Assembly (NCBI GenBank): GCA_951406725.2
Contig: OX597820.1
Location: 26,722,001 to 26,786,000 of the forward strand
Reading direction: 5' to 3'
Length of the DNA stretch: 64,000 bases
Origin: Octopus vulgaris
Taxonomy: Eukaryota
Positions within the stretch are counted from its first letter, which is position 1; each line of letters starts with the position of its first letter. The notes under the pieces were generated by a model that was not told where the DNA came from, made no database searches, and saw only the letters and a list, made by a program, of their open reading frames with translations. Below, one piece after another: positions 24,639 to 38,560 of the stretch. The translations under genes and the position numbers were made by a program.

Positions 24639-25769
24639 ACGCTTTGATAGATAGGTAGATAAATAGTTAGATGCAACCAACAAATAAATGTTTCGTTGAA
24701 ATAATGAAAAGTGTCACGCATCAAAATAGCTTTTCAGTTATTCCAGTACATAAATCTGTCCTGAATGTCTAGATTAATAAAACGATAGCTGTCAAGTATG
24801 AACGTAGGAAGTGATACCTACCAAGTATGAATGAATATTTGTATTTCGGACCTAACAACGGAATGATACTACATAAAATATAGATTATGTAAATTATCTT
24901 CGAGAATGTGAGCTTTTGGAAATGTACGCTTTAGGTTCGGTTGTTGCTATTGTACTTAATAAACATTATACTTTTGAAGACGAGTTCATACAAGAGTTTT
25001 GTCTGTATTATTAATTAGGAAGAATTCAGAGTTTAAAAGCTGTGAAATAATTTTATATATATAGGGAAATAGGAAGATAAAGTATATAATGGCTATGTAA
25101 TATGATATGGTATAGTATAATATAATATAATATAATATCAAAGAATATAATATAATATTAATATGGGATAAATGATTACTTTGAAAAGTCAATTTTAGAT
25201 AGCAAAGACAAAAGAAAGTGAAGAGAAACCAGTTTTGGTGCATGTATATCATATGTATGTATATCATATATATATATAAGTGTAAGTACGTCGCTATATT
25301 TTATATATAAAAAAATACAAAAATGGGACAAGAACGCAAAACATCCAGACAGTTAGGTGAAACAAAAAATGGACAACAAAATATCAAGACTGACGATACA
25401 AGGAAACCAAAGACGGATCGTTCGGAGTTTTCTATCCTCAGTCGAGTTCCAGATTATCTTTGCAATTTCGGCTGGTTATACTCGAGATTGCTCCAATCTG
25501 GCCAGCCCCAAGGAAAAAGTAAGCCCAGAGCATTACATTCCTTGGAAGAAAGCAGCGAATGTATACGAAAACAAGGACGAAAAAAACCCCAGAAATGTTA
25601 CACAAATACAAATCGCAGGACATAACAACAGGTGTCTTTCGACTAAGGACGAATTAAATTAAGCTGACGTGTGTGGAAGTATAGCCTTACAGTAGGGACA
25701 TAAGATTTAACTAGCACAGGAAGGAATATAGATGTTGCAACATCTATATTCCATACAACACCAGAGATA

Positions 25770-26605
25770 CCATAAGAGATATGGAAACATGGGTGTCCTG
25801 TCATACATGTTAAACTCCATGAGCTCCTCGTCGCATGCTGGGAACAGGGCAAGCTGCCACAAGATCTCTGCAATTCTGTCATCATAACACTATACAAAAA
25901 CAAAGGGAAAAAGGGGGATCACCCTGCTTTCCACTGCAGGAAACGTTCTATCAAGATTACACCTCAACAGACTTGTTCCGTCCATTGCCGAAATTCATCT
26001 TCTAGAAAGCCAATGTGGTTTCAGAGCCAACAGGAGCAAAACAGATATAGTTTTCGTTCTCAGGCAGCTCCAAGACAAGTGCCGGAAGCAAAACAAACCA
26101 CTTAATGTAACATTTGTCGATCTGATGAAAGTGTTCGAGACAGTGATCAGAAAAGGTCTGTGGCAGATCCTAAGCCGACTTGGCTGTACCATCAAATTTC
26201 TAACCATGATCATCCAGCTTCACGAAGTCCAGCAAGGACAAGCCTGTCTGAATAGCGATATATCAGCCATTCCCCATCAACAACGGCGTGCAGCAGAGCT
26301 GTGTCCTTGCACCAACTCTCTTCAGCATGGTGCTCATGCAGGCCACTGCAGTCCTCGACGCTGAAGACGGCGTCTACATCAGGTAGTGTCTGGAAGGCAG
26401 CCTTTTCAATCTCCGGCGCCTACTGACCCACACCAAGACTTAAGAGCAATTGGTCCAGGACCTCCTCTTTGCAGATGATGCTACACTTGTCGCACACACA
26501 GAAAGAGCCCTGCAGCGCATCACATCCTGCTTTACAGAGGCCGTCCAGCTCATAGTGCTGGAAGTAAGCTTGAAAAAGCCTCAAGTCCTACACCAACCAG
26601 CAGTC
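25770..26605 (+). pseudogene. RTE/BovB-like LINE reverse transcriptase fragment
   Basis: Frameshifted motifs CWEQGKLPQD, IITLYKNKG, ESQCGFRANRS, FVLRQLQDKC, FVDL.K.F, CVLAPTLF and LFADDATLVAH. Confidence 0.85.
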
Positions 26606-27362
26606 ACTCATGCATACCAGCCTCCCCCTCTCCACGCCACCAATGTCATCGAAGGGAATGGCAAAGGCTGATACAGCTTGGCATCAGTGACACTGCAACT
26701 CATTTCTACAGCTGAGTGAACTGGAGCAATGCGAAATAAAGTGTCTTGCTTAAGAAAACAACAGACAGCCTGCCCCAGGAATGCTGATGTAAATGACACT
26801 TTTACGTCATGCTGACATAGAGGTAGCTGATGACAATGCAGTAAAGAAACCTCTTGTCAAATGAGCAAATTAGTGGCAAAAGAGGAGTGCTGCAGTTTAT
26901 CTCTTTGTTTCAAAATGTCAGTGTATGTGTACCACATACACTGACATTTTGGATTTCAACCAACACGTGAAGTTGATGAACAATAAGAGCACAAGAACTT
27001 CCCTTTGTACTCACCAATTTCTTAGTTGGTTGGCATGTATACTCATGGATGAGCTTGTTCGATTGGCCCTCATGGCATTGAGCAAGTTGCCCAGAATATG
27101 GAGAATTTGCAAGCTCAAATCTCCACCACTTGAAGCATAAAACCCATTTCTGTTAAGTTCTTTCAGTAATGGAGTCTTCTCTGCACACAGTGCAAATATC
27201 TTGCACTGATTCTCGGAGTGGTTGGCGTTAGGAAAGGCATCCAGCTGTAGAAACTCTGCCAGATCAGATTGGAGTCTGGTGCAGCCATCTGGTTCGCCAG
27301 ACCTCAGTCAAATCGTCCAACCCATGCTAGCATGGAAAGTGGACGTTAAATGATGATGATGA

Positions 27363-27403
<41 letters not shown>

Positions 27404-27459
27404 TATATAATGGAGAAATTGAACAAAACATATAAATAGATGATGAGTAAAGCACTGGG

Positions 27460-27820
27460 CACAGGTTCAGTCCCACTGCTTGGCACCTTGGGCAAGTGTC
27501 TTCTACTATAGCCTCGGGCCGACCAAAGCCTTGTGAGTGGATTTGGTAGACGGAAACTGAAAGAAGCCCGTCGTATATATATATATATATGTGTGTGTGT
27601 GTATGTTTGTGTGTCTGTGTTTGTCCTCCCCGACATCGCTTGACAACCGATGCTGGTGTGTTTACGTCCCCGTAACTTAGCGGTTCAGCAAAAAGCGACC
27701 GATAGAATAAGTACTAGGCTTACAAAGAATAAGTCCTGGTGTCGATTTGCTCGACTAAAGGCGGTGCTCCAGCATGGCCACAGTCAAATGACTGAAACAA
27801 GTAAAAGAATAAAAAGAGTA
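27460..27820 (+). mobile_element. SINE family B with internal (TA)(TG) microsatellite
   Basis: GGTTCAGTCCCACTGC..CACCTTGGGCAAGTGTCTTCTACTATAGCC...GGAAACTGAAAGAAGCCCGTCG. Related copies at about 19537-19700, 30225-30305 (-), 46650-47010 and 60585-60750 (-). Confidence 0.82.
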
Positions 27821-27885
27821 ATCGTAAACACACATACATACACATATATATACACACAAACGTACATACGTACAACTCACTTTTA

Positions 27886-27919
<34 letters not shown>

Positions 27920-27927
27920 GCATATGA

Positions 27928-27964
<37 letters not shown>

Positions 27965-28354
27965 GGTGTATGTGAGTATGTATATGTATGTATACATGTG
28001 TGTGTGTTTGTGTGTGTGTTTGTGTGTGTGTATGTGTTGCTTCTTCGTTATACCTTATATCTCGGTTTACATCTGTAATCTGGAAATTTCTGATTTGTTT
28101 ATAATCGCTCGAGTTTTCAATCCTTCTTCCCCCACGCTCGCTCTTCCCCCTCCCTCCCTGCCACACATACAACACAACTTCTCTCCTCATCATCTGCTGA
28201 TCTTACTCCCGTTCTCTCACCCCCACTCTTCCCTTCTCTCTCTCTTTCTCTCTCCCCCCTCTCTCTCTCTCTCTCCTTCAAATTTCCGTTTCTATAGCAT
28301 TACAATTTTTTTTTATTGTTTGGGAAAGCTGACAACATTCTTTATGCGTATTAG

Positions 28355-29435
28355 CAACACCAACACCGCCAGCGACATCACCATCAACACCGCCGACAGC
28401 AATGGCAGCACCAACACCACCACCACCACCACCAATGCCACAACCATCACCACTAACAACAACACCACCAAGATCGGCAACACCACCACAACCACCACAA
28501 TCACCCTCACCACAATCACGACGAACACTACTGCAACCGTAGCTACCATATCCATCATATCCACAACTGCTGCAACCACTAAAAACCTCACAATCACCAA
28601 TGTAACCACCATCACCACCACTACCACCACCACCACCACCACCATCAACATCACCACCATCGGCACTACAACCACTACCATAACTACTACCATCATCACC
28701 GCCACTTTCATCGCTACCACCATCACACCTGCCACCACCACTACCACTACCACCATTACTAACACCACCACCACCACCACCACCACCTTCCACCACCACC
28801 TTCCACCACTACTATCGCCACCACCACCACCACCACCACCACCACTACTATCGCCACCACCACCACCACCTTCCACCACTACTATCGCCACCATCGGCAC
28901 TACAATCACTACCATAACTACTGCCATCATCACCGCCGCTTTCATCGCTACGACCTTCAGACCTGCCACCACCACTAACACCACAACCACCACCACCACT
29001 ACTACCACTATTACCACCACCACCACCACCACCACCACCACCACCACTACTACCATCGCCACCTTCAGCACTACAACCACTACCATAACTGCTGCCATCA
29101 TCACCGCCGCTTTCATCGTTACGACCATCACACCTGCCACCACCACCACCACCACCACCACCACCATCACCATCGCAACCGCCACAGGTGCAACTCATAC
29201 AACTACCACCACCACCACCACCACCACCACCACCACCACCACCACCACCACCACCACCACCACCACCACCACCTCAACCATCACCATCACCACGGCAACC
29301 ACCAAAACTATCACCAACAATCACCACCACCGCCGCCACAATCTCAACAACGATTTCAACCATCACAACCATCACATCGGAAACCACCACCTAACCGCCA
29401 CCACCACCACCACTATTACAACAACAACAACAACG
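28355..29435. repeat. Degenerate (ACC)n microsatellite with three ~90-bp higher-order units
   Basis: ACC/ACT/ATC triplets; unit CACTACAAYCACTACCATAACT..CCATCATCACCGCC.CTTTCATCG recurs at about 28660, 28895 and 29065. Confidence 0.85.
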
Positions 29436-30359
29436 ATTTTTTTCAGTTTATCATTAGTTACATCGTTTATCCTTTTTATTTTTGTAATATGTCTTTCATT
29501 TCTTCGAGTCTTCTTTTTTTATTTTTCACCTCTTCATTTCTTCGAATTTTTCTTCCATTTCCTGACTTTATATTTATTAACTAAAACCTAAAGATCATGA
29601 ATCACTAAAACAAAAAACAAAACCAAAAAGAAACAAAAAAGAAAAAAAGGAAAAAAAAAATCTATAAAACACAAGTGATATAACGTGTTAAACCAAACCC
29701 AAAATAAACGTAAATATTAAAACATCGGTTGACATGCTTCAAGCAAAACACAATAATTCAAAGAAGTCAATCCTCCCTTCTCTATTAACACATATTACCA
29801 GTATACAGCGATTGCAATAAACCAAAGAGAGAGAGCCTCTATATATATATACGTAGCTGAGCTATCTAATGAAATTGCTGTTAAATATTCCTCAAAGCAC
29901 ATTCTAAAATTGTGGTTGGTTTTCTGTTTTATGACATCGTTGCAGCCTTGGAGAGCGAAGAAAATAATATTGGCGCACTTTACGTAAAAAGTTAAAAAAG
30001 GCGCAGCTGTGTGGTTTTTTTTTGCTGAACCACGAAGTTACGGAGCTGTAAACACACCAACAACAGTTGTCAAACGGTGGGTAGAGACAACAGGTATACA
30101 AAGACACATGTATGTATGTACATATGTATGATATAAATAATATATAAATATATGCATATATACATACATACATCTATATGTATATATACATGCATATATG
30201 GGTACAGGACATAAAAATAACGTTGCCCAAGGTGCCACGCAGTGGGACTGAACACGGAACCATGTGGTTGATAAGCAAGCTACTTACCACACAACCACTC
30301 CTGCACCTGTGAATAATTTTTACTGTGAATAATTTAAATGAAAGGCTCGAGAAAATTTT

Positions 30360-30870
30360 ACCAGGAAATGAACTAACAAATCTATAAACTGCTGATGACT
30401 TGGGAATTGTCAATTACCCAGTTGTGTTCTTAAAATCACTGGAGCTACGAGGAGCTTCTCCTCATATCCTTCAATTGAAAATAAGCGCTCCAATCATGCC
30501 TCTGCAGAACTTTTCACAATCTAAGCTGTGCAATGACACAAAACTTGTGAAGAAATTAATGAGAAATGTCATAAATGCCACAGCATCTATGGAAACGACA
30601 AAGTTGTTTTTATTTCCCACTTACCTTTAATACCTTCCGATATGCCCTTCGAATTCAAATGACTTCAGTTTCCAATACGTCTGTCTTTTGCGATGTCTAT
30701 TAATAAGTCCCAAGATCAGACTTTGAAAGTTACTGCTTTGCAATTAGACGAAGACTGTTTTTCACACAGTCAGTTATATGTTAGGACTCCGAAGTGGGGA
30801 GCAAGAACAATCTTTTTATTTTCGCCCCTACTGGTAAAACCCGAAATATTGTCTATAAGGAAGTTTTTAG
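30360..30870 (+). mobile_element. Helitron PIF1-like helicase relic 1
   Basis: [53 protein letters not shown] and CFSHSQLYV, with stops and frameshifts. Confidence 0.85.
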
Positions 30871-31130
30871 CATGGGATCAACAAACTTAAATTTTCCAAA
30901 TGAATAATAACCTTGAATTAATTCTGTCAACGTCACACTATATTCGTCTAAGAAAAGCTATTTATCTTTTTGTTTGTTGTAATAGTTAAGTTTAATAAAT
31001 TATAGCACATACATTTTTAGTTTTCCCGAACTTATATTTAGTTATCTTGTACTATATATAAGCCAAAGTCTATGCGATGTTTGCTTCATTTATAGACTGA
31101 AATACTTGAGATCGTACACCAGAAGTTTAT

Positions 31131-32660
31131 ATGCGCAAACCTGTAGAAATCTTTACTGCTACAGAAGCTGAACGGGAGGCAGTAAGAACTGATTACATCG
31201 AAATCGAAGAAAATGATGTTACGCAGCCAATAGATGATATAGACGCATACTCAGCTGCTGGCTCTGATGGATTCCCAGCAATCCTCCTCAACTCATGCAA
31301 ACGAATCCTTGCAAAATCATTGCAGCTACTTTTTCAGAGCTCCCTAGCAAATGGCAAGCTCCCGGACAAACTAAAGGAGGGAATGATATGCCCTATCCAT
31401 AAAGGAGGAAGCAGAGCAGATGCTAAAAACTATAGGCCTATCTCTCTGACCTCACACATCAGCAAAGTCGTGGAACAAATTGTCCGATGGAAATTAATTG
31501 CATTCCTTGAAGAAGAATGACTTGCTGACTGACACCCAGCATGGTTTTCGACCAGGTAGAAGCTGCCTAACACAGCTCTTGCAGCATTACGACCGGGTGC
31601 TAAAGCAGCTGCTCAACAACTCAAATGTGCACATGATATACCTCGACTTCACAAAAGCCTTTGACAAAGTCGATCATGATATGATTTCTCACAAGCTCCG
31701 AAATCTTGCCATATTTAGAAAACTTGGAGAATGACTAGATTACTTTCTAAACGATAGAAGTTGGGTAGTGGGGATCAATGGGGCACCTCCAAGAAAATAC
31801 AAATAAAGAGTGGTGTTCACAAGGGCACTGTCCTGGGGCCACTGTCATTCATAGTGGCCCTCTCTGCTCAGATACCTACTCTTGCTAGCTATGCAGACTA
31901 TACAAAGAGTATCTCAAAGGATACAGAACCCTGGAGACGTTGTGCATCTGCAACGTGAGTTGGACACAATATACATGTGTGCTCTGGAAAGTAATATGCA
32001 GTTTAATGCTGGAAAATTCCAAGCCCTGCGCTACCAACACAAGAAGTTCATTGAAAAGCAGATAGGTTGCACTGGCCCAGGAGGGATTCCAATCTCTAAA
32101 TCAAAATCAGTGCGGGAAAGATATGCAATAATATACATGAGTAATGATGCATCTTTACAGGTGCACGTTTCTAAATTGGAAATAAAATGCAAACATCTTG
32201 ACAGGTGGATCCTTCGAACTTTCAAAACAAGAGAAAAGGAAACCATGATAGTCTTCTGGAGGATTTTCGTTCTCAGCCGTCTGGATTGCTGCTCCCAACT
32301 GTAGTCACCAAGCAGTATAAAATTAACGACGGAACTCGAGGCGATCCAGCGAAGCTACACAAGGAAGATCGATACAATGTGACATATCAGCTACTGGAAG
32401 ACACTGAAAGAGCTAAGACTCTACTCCCTGGGGCGAAGACGGGAAAGATATGCAGTAATATACATCTGGAAAATCCTAGAAAACTTGTTCCAAACTTTGG
32501 CTTTGTCACTTACATAAACAGCAGGACGGGGCGCTACTGTAGCATGGTACCAAAGGTCCCAACATTGCCATCAGGATACAGGACCAGATACTGCAACAGT
32601 TTGGAATTCAAAGGCCCACAGCTATTCAATACCCTCTCACAAAGCCTGAGAGACCTGCTG
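31131..32660 (+). pseudogene. CR1/L2-group LINE ORF2 (RT) remnant
   Basis: PIHKGGSRADAKNYRPISLTSH, QHGFRPGRSCLTQLL, YLDFTKAFDKVDH, GTVLGPL, YADY(D)TK, MQFNAGKF and GPQLFNTL; multiple stops and frameshifts. Confidence 0.88.
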
Positions 32661-32917
32661 CTATGTTTGCCAGAGAAACTCTTTGGCCTCGCCGAGGACA
32701 AAGCAACCTCATTAGTACTGGTGCAATAACAAAATACTCCAAGTACACTCAATCAGTCATGCAGCTGGCGTTAGGAGGGAAGTCCAGCCATAGAAAGCAC
32801 GTTAAAAGTGGAATTTCTCCTGGGAAAGGACAGGGGATAATGACTAGTACGGGGCCTGAAGGGGTTAAATATAAGGGTTGAAATTTATCACTTGTTTTCG
32901 CTATTTACATATGAAAC

Positions 32918-33231
32918 GTGGGGGTGCAATGGCCCAGTGGTTAGGGCAGCGGACTCGCGGTTGTAGGATCGCGGTTTCGATTCCCAGACCAGGCGTTGTG
33001 AGTGTTTATTTAGCGAAAACACCTAAAGCTCCACGTGGCTCCGGCAGGGGATGGTGGCGATCCCTGCTGTACTCTTTCGCCACAACTTTCTCTCACTCTT
33101 TCTTCTGTTGGCTGCTCGCTTAGCCAGCGGGGTGGCGCCATTTGAAGGCTAAAACAATGCGAAAGCGCATTGTGACCAGCGATGTGTAGCAACATCTGAT
33201 AACCTGGTCGGTCACGGGGATCACGGTCATC
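32918..33231 (+). mobile_element. SINE family C (tRNA-like head) with 11-bp TSD
   Basis: A-box TGGCCCAGTGGTTAGG, B-box GGTTTCGATTCC; TSD ACATATGAAAC at 32907-32917 and 33232-33242. Related heads at about 11350-11630 and 39285-39460. Confidence 0.85.
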
Positions 33232-34929
33232 ACATATGAAACAACAGCTTTCTCGACAAGCAACGTTCGTGACAGTTGTAAAATCTGTCTGAAAATACGT
33301 TCAGTATATTCTGTCAAATAGTAGGCGTTGCAAAGGACATGCAACCATAAAAAGCACGTCAAAAGTGGAATTTCTCATTGGAAGGAAGGACAGAACATAA
33401 TGACAAGTGTGGGGTCTGAAGGGGTTAAATATAGGAGTCCAAATTCATCACTAGTTTTCACTATTTACAAATGAAACAACAGCTTTGTCGACTAGCAGCA
33501 TTCGTGACAGCTGCAGAATCTGTCTGACAATGATTACACATGAAAAGGTAAGATAATTATATAAATTATATAGAAAAACATTGCAAACCGATTAAAGTGC
33601 TTAAATGAAGTGTTTAAACACGAACAGTATCAAACGACGTAATTATTTGTTTTAACCCATAATACTTAACATTATATAAGCAATCTCTTGCAACTACCCT
33701 GCCTGATAGCAGTGAATACATAAAAGAAAAAAACTCAACAAAAAATAAAAATAAAACTTCTCTGTAGTCATATTTCTGTAATGATATAATGGTTTCAAGA
33801 GCTATACTTAGTGATTAGACCATACTCAATCAGTGTTTAATGAGGAGAGAAATAGACGGTAGAGTCTCACAATATATTCGATCAATACCATAATAATCAA
33901 ATTACAGCATAATATACAGATAAGGAAGCGGCGAGTTGGCAGAATCGTTAGCAAGCCGGGCAAGCTGCTTAGTTGCATTTCGTCCGACTTTACGTTCTGA
34001 GTTCGAATTCCGCCGTGGTCGAATTTGCTTTTCATCCTTTCGAGGCCAATAAAATAAGTACCAGTTGTTTACTGGGGTCGATGTAATCGACTTAACCCTT
34101 CCCCTAAATTGCTCTCCTTGTGCCAAAATTTGAAATTAATATACAGATAAGAGAGGTGAAGTGATAGAATAGCTACAGCATCAGATAGGATCTCTCTGTA
34201 CTTTGAGTTCAAATCCGGCCGAGGGTTAGCTTATATTTTAGCATTTATATAGATCAATGAGTGGCAGAGTCTTTATAACATTGGATCTTATGCTTGCCGG
34301 TATTTATTTCTATTCTTTGAGTTAAAATATGGTCGAGGTTCTCCTTTCTCCTTCCATCCTCCCGGAGTTCATAAAATATAATACCAACCATGTCTTGAGG
34401 TCAATTTAATCGACTAACTCTTCCACCATCAAATTTCAGGCCTTAGGTTTCTATGCGGCGAGCTGGCAGAACCGTTAGCACGTCGGACGGAATGCTTGGC
34501 GGTATTTCATCTGCCGCTGCGTTCTGAGTTCAAATTCCGCCGAGGTCGACTTTGCCTTTCATCCTTCGGGGTTGATTAAATAAGTATCAGTTACGCACTG
34601 GGGTCGATATAATCGACTTAATCCGTTTGTCTGTCCTTGTTTGTCCCTTCTATGTTTAGCCCCTTGTGGGCAATAAAGAAATAAGTAATTAGATTAGTAA
34701 ACTCGCTCGCTATGCTGGGAGAATATTTATTGAAATTTTTGCTTCTTGCAAAACGCTGCATGAACGCGATTGATGCTAACTAATCTGAAATATATGAAAT
34801 TTTAACCTCAATCCATAGTTATTTCGCAAACATACAAACTTAAATCATAAAATATATAACCCCCACTCCCTAAAATTATTGCTGTTGTGGCAAAATTTCA
34901 AACCGTTATTATTACTATTAAAATAAATA

Positions 34930-35183
34930 AATAAATGCGCCCTTTTAAAGCCTAGCCCGGCTCATGGGCCCGGTTTCCCGGTTTCCATGGCGTATGTGTT
35001 CCCAAGATGGATGTGACGCCAGTCCATCGCATCGTTACTCATTTTTGCCAGCTGAGCGGACTGGCGCAACGTGAAATGAAGTGTTCTGCTCAAGAACACA
35101 ACGCGTCGCCCGGCACAGGAATCGAAATCACAATCTTACGATCATGATGCTGACACCTTAACCACTAAGCCACGCACCTCCAC
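34930..35183 (-). mobile_element. SINE family D
   Basis: tRNA-like head, then GTTGTGTTCTTGAGCA..ACACTTCATTTCACGTTGC core. Related copies at about 11680-11980, 24480-24575, 26590-26770 and 55290-55523. Confidence 0.75.
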
Positions 35184-35480
35184 TATTATTACTATTATCT
35201 TAAAACAATTTATGGTGATATTATTGTCAGGTCTATAATTTTGGTGCAGTTGGTAACACGCTGGGCAGTAATTAATTTTGTTGATTAATGACTGAGTCAG
35301 CTTTGGCATTGCATTTTATCCGATCGTTGGTCTGCAGGAAATATTTACCGTATTCAGTTCAATAGACAACAGCTGCTCCTGTACCTCAGCTGTGTGTGTG
35401 TGTGTGTGTGTGTGTAGGCACAAATAATACTATGCAATAGAAATACACATTCAAGGGGTCACAAAGTGACCGTGGTGCAC

Positions 35481-35570
35481 CAAAACAAAAAAGGTGTCCT
35501 GAGTAGAGACCAAAACCAAAAAGGTGTCGTGAATAGAGACCAAAACCAAACAGGTGTCATGAGTAGAGAC
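35481..35570. repeat. 30-bp minisatellite, 3 units
   Basis: CAAAACMAAAMAGGTGTCNTGARTAGAGAC repeated head-to-tail without spacers. Confidence 0.85.
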
Positions 35571-37332
35571 TGTTCACCTTGAATATAGGATTTCAACATT
35601 ATACAAATAAATCAGAATCGGTAGAGTGCCGGACAGTATGCATTGCAATATTTGTTCCGGCTCCGTGTGTTCTCAGTTTAAATGTGGTCGAGATTTATTT
35701 TGATTTTCGTGTGTTTTGTGATCAGTAAATAAAGTATTAATGACACGTTTCTCTACGAACAAACGCTGGAGTTTCTATGGGTTCACTTGACCTTCCAGAA
35801 CAAGCAACCTAATTTTCTTGACGTTCTGAGTTCAAATGACTCTGAGATTAACTTTACCTTTCATCCTTTCGGTGGACGATAAAATAAGTACTATTTCTTT
35901 ACTACCCACAAGGGTCTAAACACAGAGACAGACAAACGGATTAAGTCGATTATATCGACCTCAGTGCGTAACTGGTACTTAATTTATTGACCCCGAAAGG
36001 ATGAAAGGCAAAGTCGACCTCGGCGGAATTTGAACTCTGAACGTAAAAACTGACGAAATACTGCTAATCATTTCACCCTGCGTGCTAACGGTTCTGCCAG
36101 CTCGCCGCCTTACGGACGATAAAATAAGTACTAATCAAGTACGGCGATCGATGTTATCGATTTGCTCACCTCCTGCATAAAAATTAGTGGCCTTGAACCC
36201 AGTAACAGACCGGCATCTCGTTCAAGTAGAACGCTGTGATTGATAACGTATACGTCATAGAAACGGGATAACCCACCTTATTGGGCCTAAGGAGTCGACA
36301 AAAGAAGAAGAAAAAAAACGACTGGGGATAGTATAATCGACTTGCTTTATCCCCTCACCATTGTTGATCTCGTGTCTAAATTTAAAACCATTACAGGCGA
36401 GGTAGGAGAAGCGTTGAAGGCGGTGAGCTGGCAGAAACGTTAGCACGCCGGGCGAAATGCTTAGAGGTAGACTTTGCCTTTCATCCTTTCGGGGTCGATA
36501 AATTAAGTACCAGTTATGCACTGGGGTCGATATAATCGACTTAATACCTATGTCTGTCCTTGTTTGTCCCCTCTGTGTTTAGCCCCTTGTGGGTAGTAAA
36601 GAAATAGGTATTTCTTCTGCCGCTACGTTCTGAGTTCAAATTCCGCCGAGGTCGACTTTGCCTTTCCTCCTTTCGGGGTCGATTAAATAAGTACCAGTTA
36701 CGCACTGGGGTCGATATAATCGACTTAATCCGTTTGTCTGTCCTTGTTTGTTCTCTCTGTGTTTAGCCCCTTGTGGGTAGTAAAGAAATAGGTAGTAGAA
36801 GCGTTAGCATGTCGGACAAAAGGCTAAGTGACATTTCTTCCAGCTTTACATTCCGCGTTCAAGGGCCACCGAGTGCGACTTTGCCTTTCATCCTTTCGGG
36901 TCGATAAAATAAGTACCAATCAAACAATGGAGTTAATATATATTCGACTTGCTCACCTCCCTTCACAATAGCTGTCCTTGTGTTAAAATTAGAAAGAACT
37001 ACGTGCAATGATATTATTATTTGCTATAAAAACTTGCTGGTGTCTTTCTTACATACATCACTTTCCTCCTCATTGATTCTCACAGATGAATTGTATATTT
37101 CTTTTCTTCCAATGTGGTCTTCATTTTCTTAACTGCTCTATTCTTATTGATTCCTTTCAATACTTCTGCGGCTTCCTTTGTTGTCCTATCGCGTTTTCTT
37201 CAGTGATCATATTTGTGTAATTTGACGTACGTGTGTGTCTGTGGTGTATAATTAATCTCGTCGTTTCTCCTTCTTCTCTCTATGTACAGCAGGACATACA
37301 TACATACATACATACATACATACATACATACA

Positions 37333-37364
<32 letters not shown>

Positions 37365-37849
37365 CATACATACATACATACATACATACATACATACATA
37401 CATACATACATACACACATATACATACATACATACATACATACATACATACATACATACATACATGGATATACAAACATACATATACGCAGGTATCGATC
37501 GATCTCACGCACTCTCTCTATATACATATTTATGCATGTACATATATATGTAGATATGCGTACATACACACACAAATACACACGCACACACATATACACA
37601 CACGCACACACATATGCACACAAACACATAAACACACTCACACATATACACGCTTTTGTTGTGATCATACTTTCATAAAGCATTTCGTTTTAGATATAAA
37701 ATATTTAACCTATAGGAAAATTGCACCTCGTGTGCCCTTAAACTGATGTATGGTTGGAGTGCATGCAACAGACTGGACTCCGTTAAAGGAACCCCAGAAG
37801 AATAAGTAGTGACGTTAAAAACCGAGCAACGGATTAAGACACAAGTAGA

Positions 37850-38560
37850 TAGCGGGATTTGAATTCAAAATGATAAGATCTGGATCAAATAGGTAAAGCT
37901 TCCGTTCCCGACGTTTTCACAATTGTTCCGCTAACCCAGTGTCATGGATTTACGATTTTTTTACGAACTCTGAAAGGGTAAAAAGCAAAACGGTCTCCCG
38001 CAAGATTTGAACTCAAAGTGCAGAGGGTCAGCACAAACGCCATGCGGCATTGTACCCGGCACTCTAACGACTATCAATTAATCCACCAACCTATAGATGA
38101 ATTTGTATGTGTGTGTGTTTTACCAACTCTGAAAGGATAAAAAGCAAAACAGACATCAGCGAGATTTGAACTCGAAGTGCAGAGGTTCAACACGAACATC
38201 ATGCGGCATTCTACCTGGCACTCAAATGTCTATTAATTAATTCACCACCCAAAGATAGATATTTTTATTTGACCGACTCTGAAAGGATAAAAAACAAAAT
38301 GGGATCCAGCAAGGTTTGAACTCAAAATGTAGAGGGTCAGCACAAACACCACAAGGCATTCTACCCGGCACTCTGGCGACTCTACTGATTAATTCACCGC
38401 CTAAAGATGGACTTGTATTTTTTTTTCCTATATCGACCCTAAAATCATAAAAAGCAAAACCGACATCAGCGAGATTTGAATTCAAAGTGCAGAGGGTCAG
38501 TACAAACACCACAAGATATTCTACTCGACGCTCTGACGACTACTAATTAATTCACCTCCT
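37850..38560 (-). repeat. Degenerate tandem array of SINE-A-like units (~150-bp period)
   Basis: Recurrent ACTCTGAAAGGATAAAAAGCAAAAC...GATTTGAACTCAAAGTGCAGAGGGTCAG...TACCCGGCACTCT. Confidence 0.7.

Noticed and set aside
26827-26858. CTGATGA...GAAAC...GTC hammerhead-like string
   Set aside because: Stem I and stem II do not pair.
27966-29591. 541-aa Thr-rich, mucin-like ORF with hydrophobic ends
   Set aside because: It starts in a (TG/TA)n tract, and its body is an (ACC)n microsatellite open in several frames on both strands. The hydrophobic ends come from T-rich DNA, and no convincing splice or start context is visible. RNA-seq could still test it.
30360-30870. Host PIF1 helicase gene
   Set aside because: It is intronless, contains stops and frameshifts, and occurs twice in the window; the second copy has a Helitron-type 3' end.
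35481-35570. 30-bp repeats as a CRISPR array
   Set aside because: No spacers, no cas genes, eukaryotic context.
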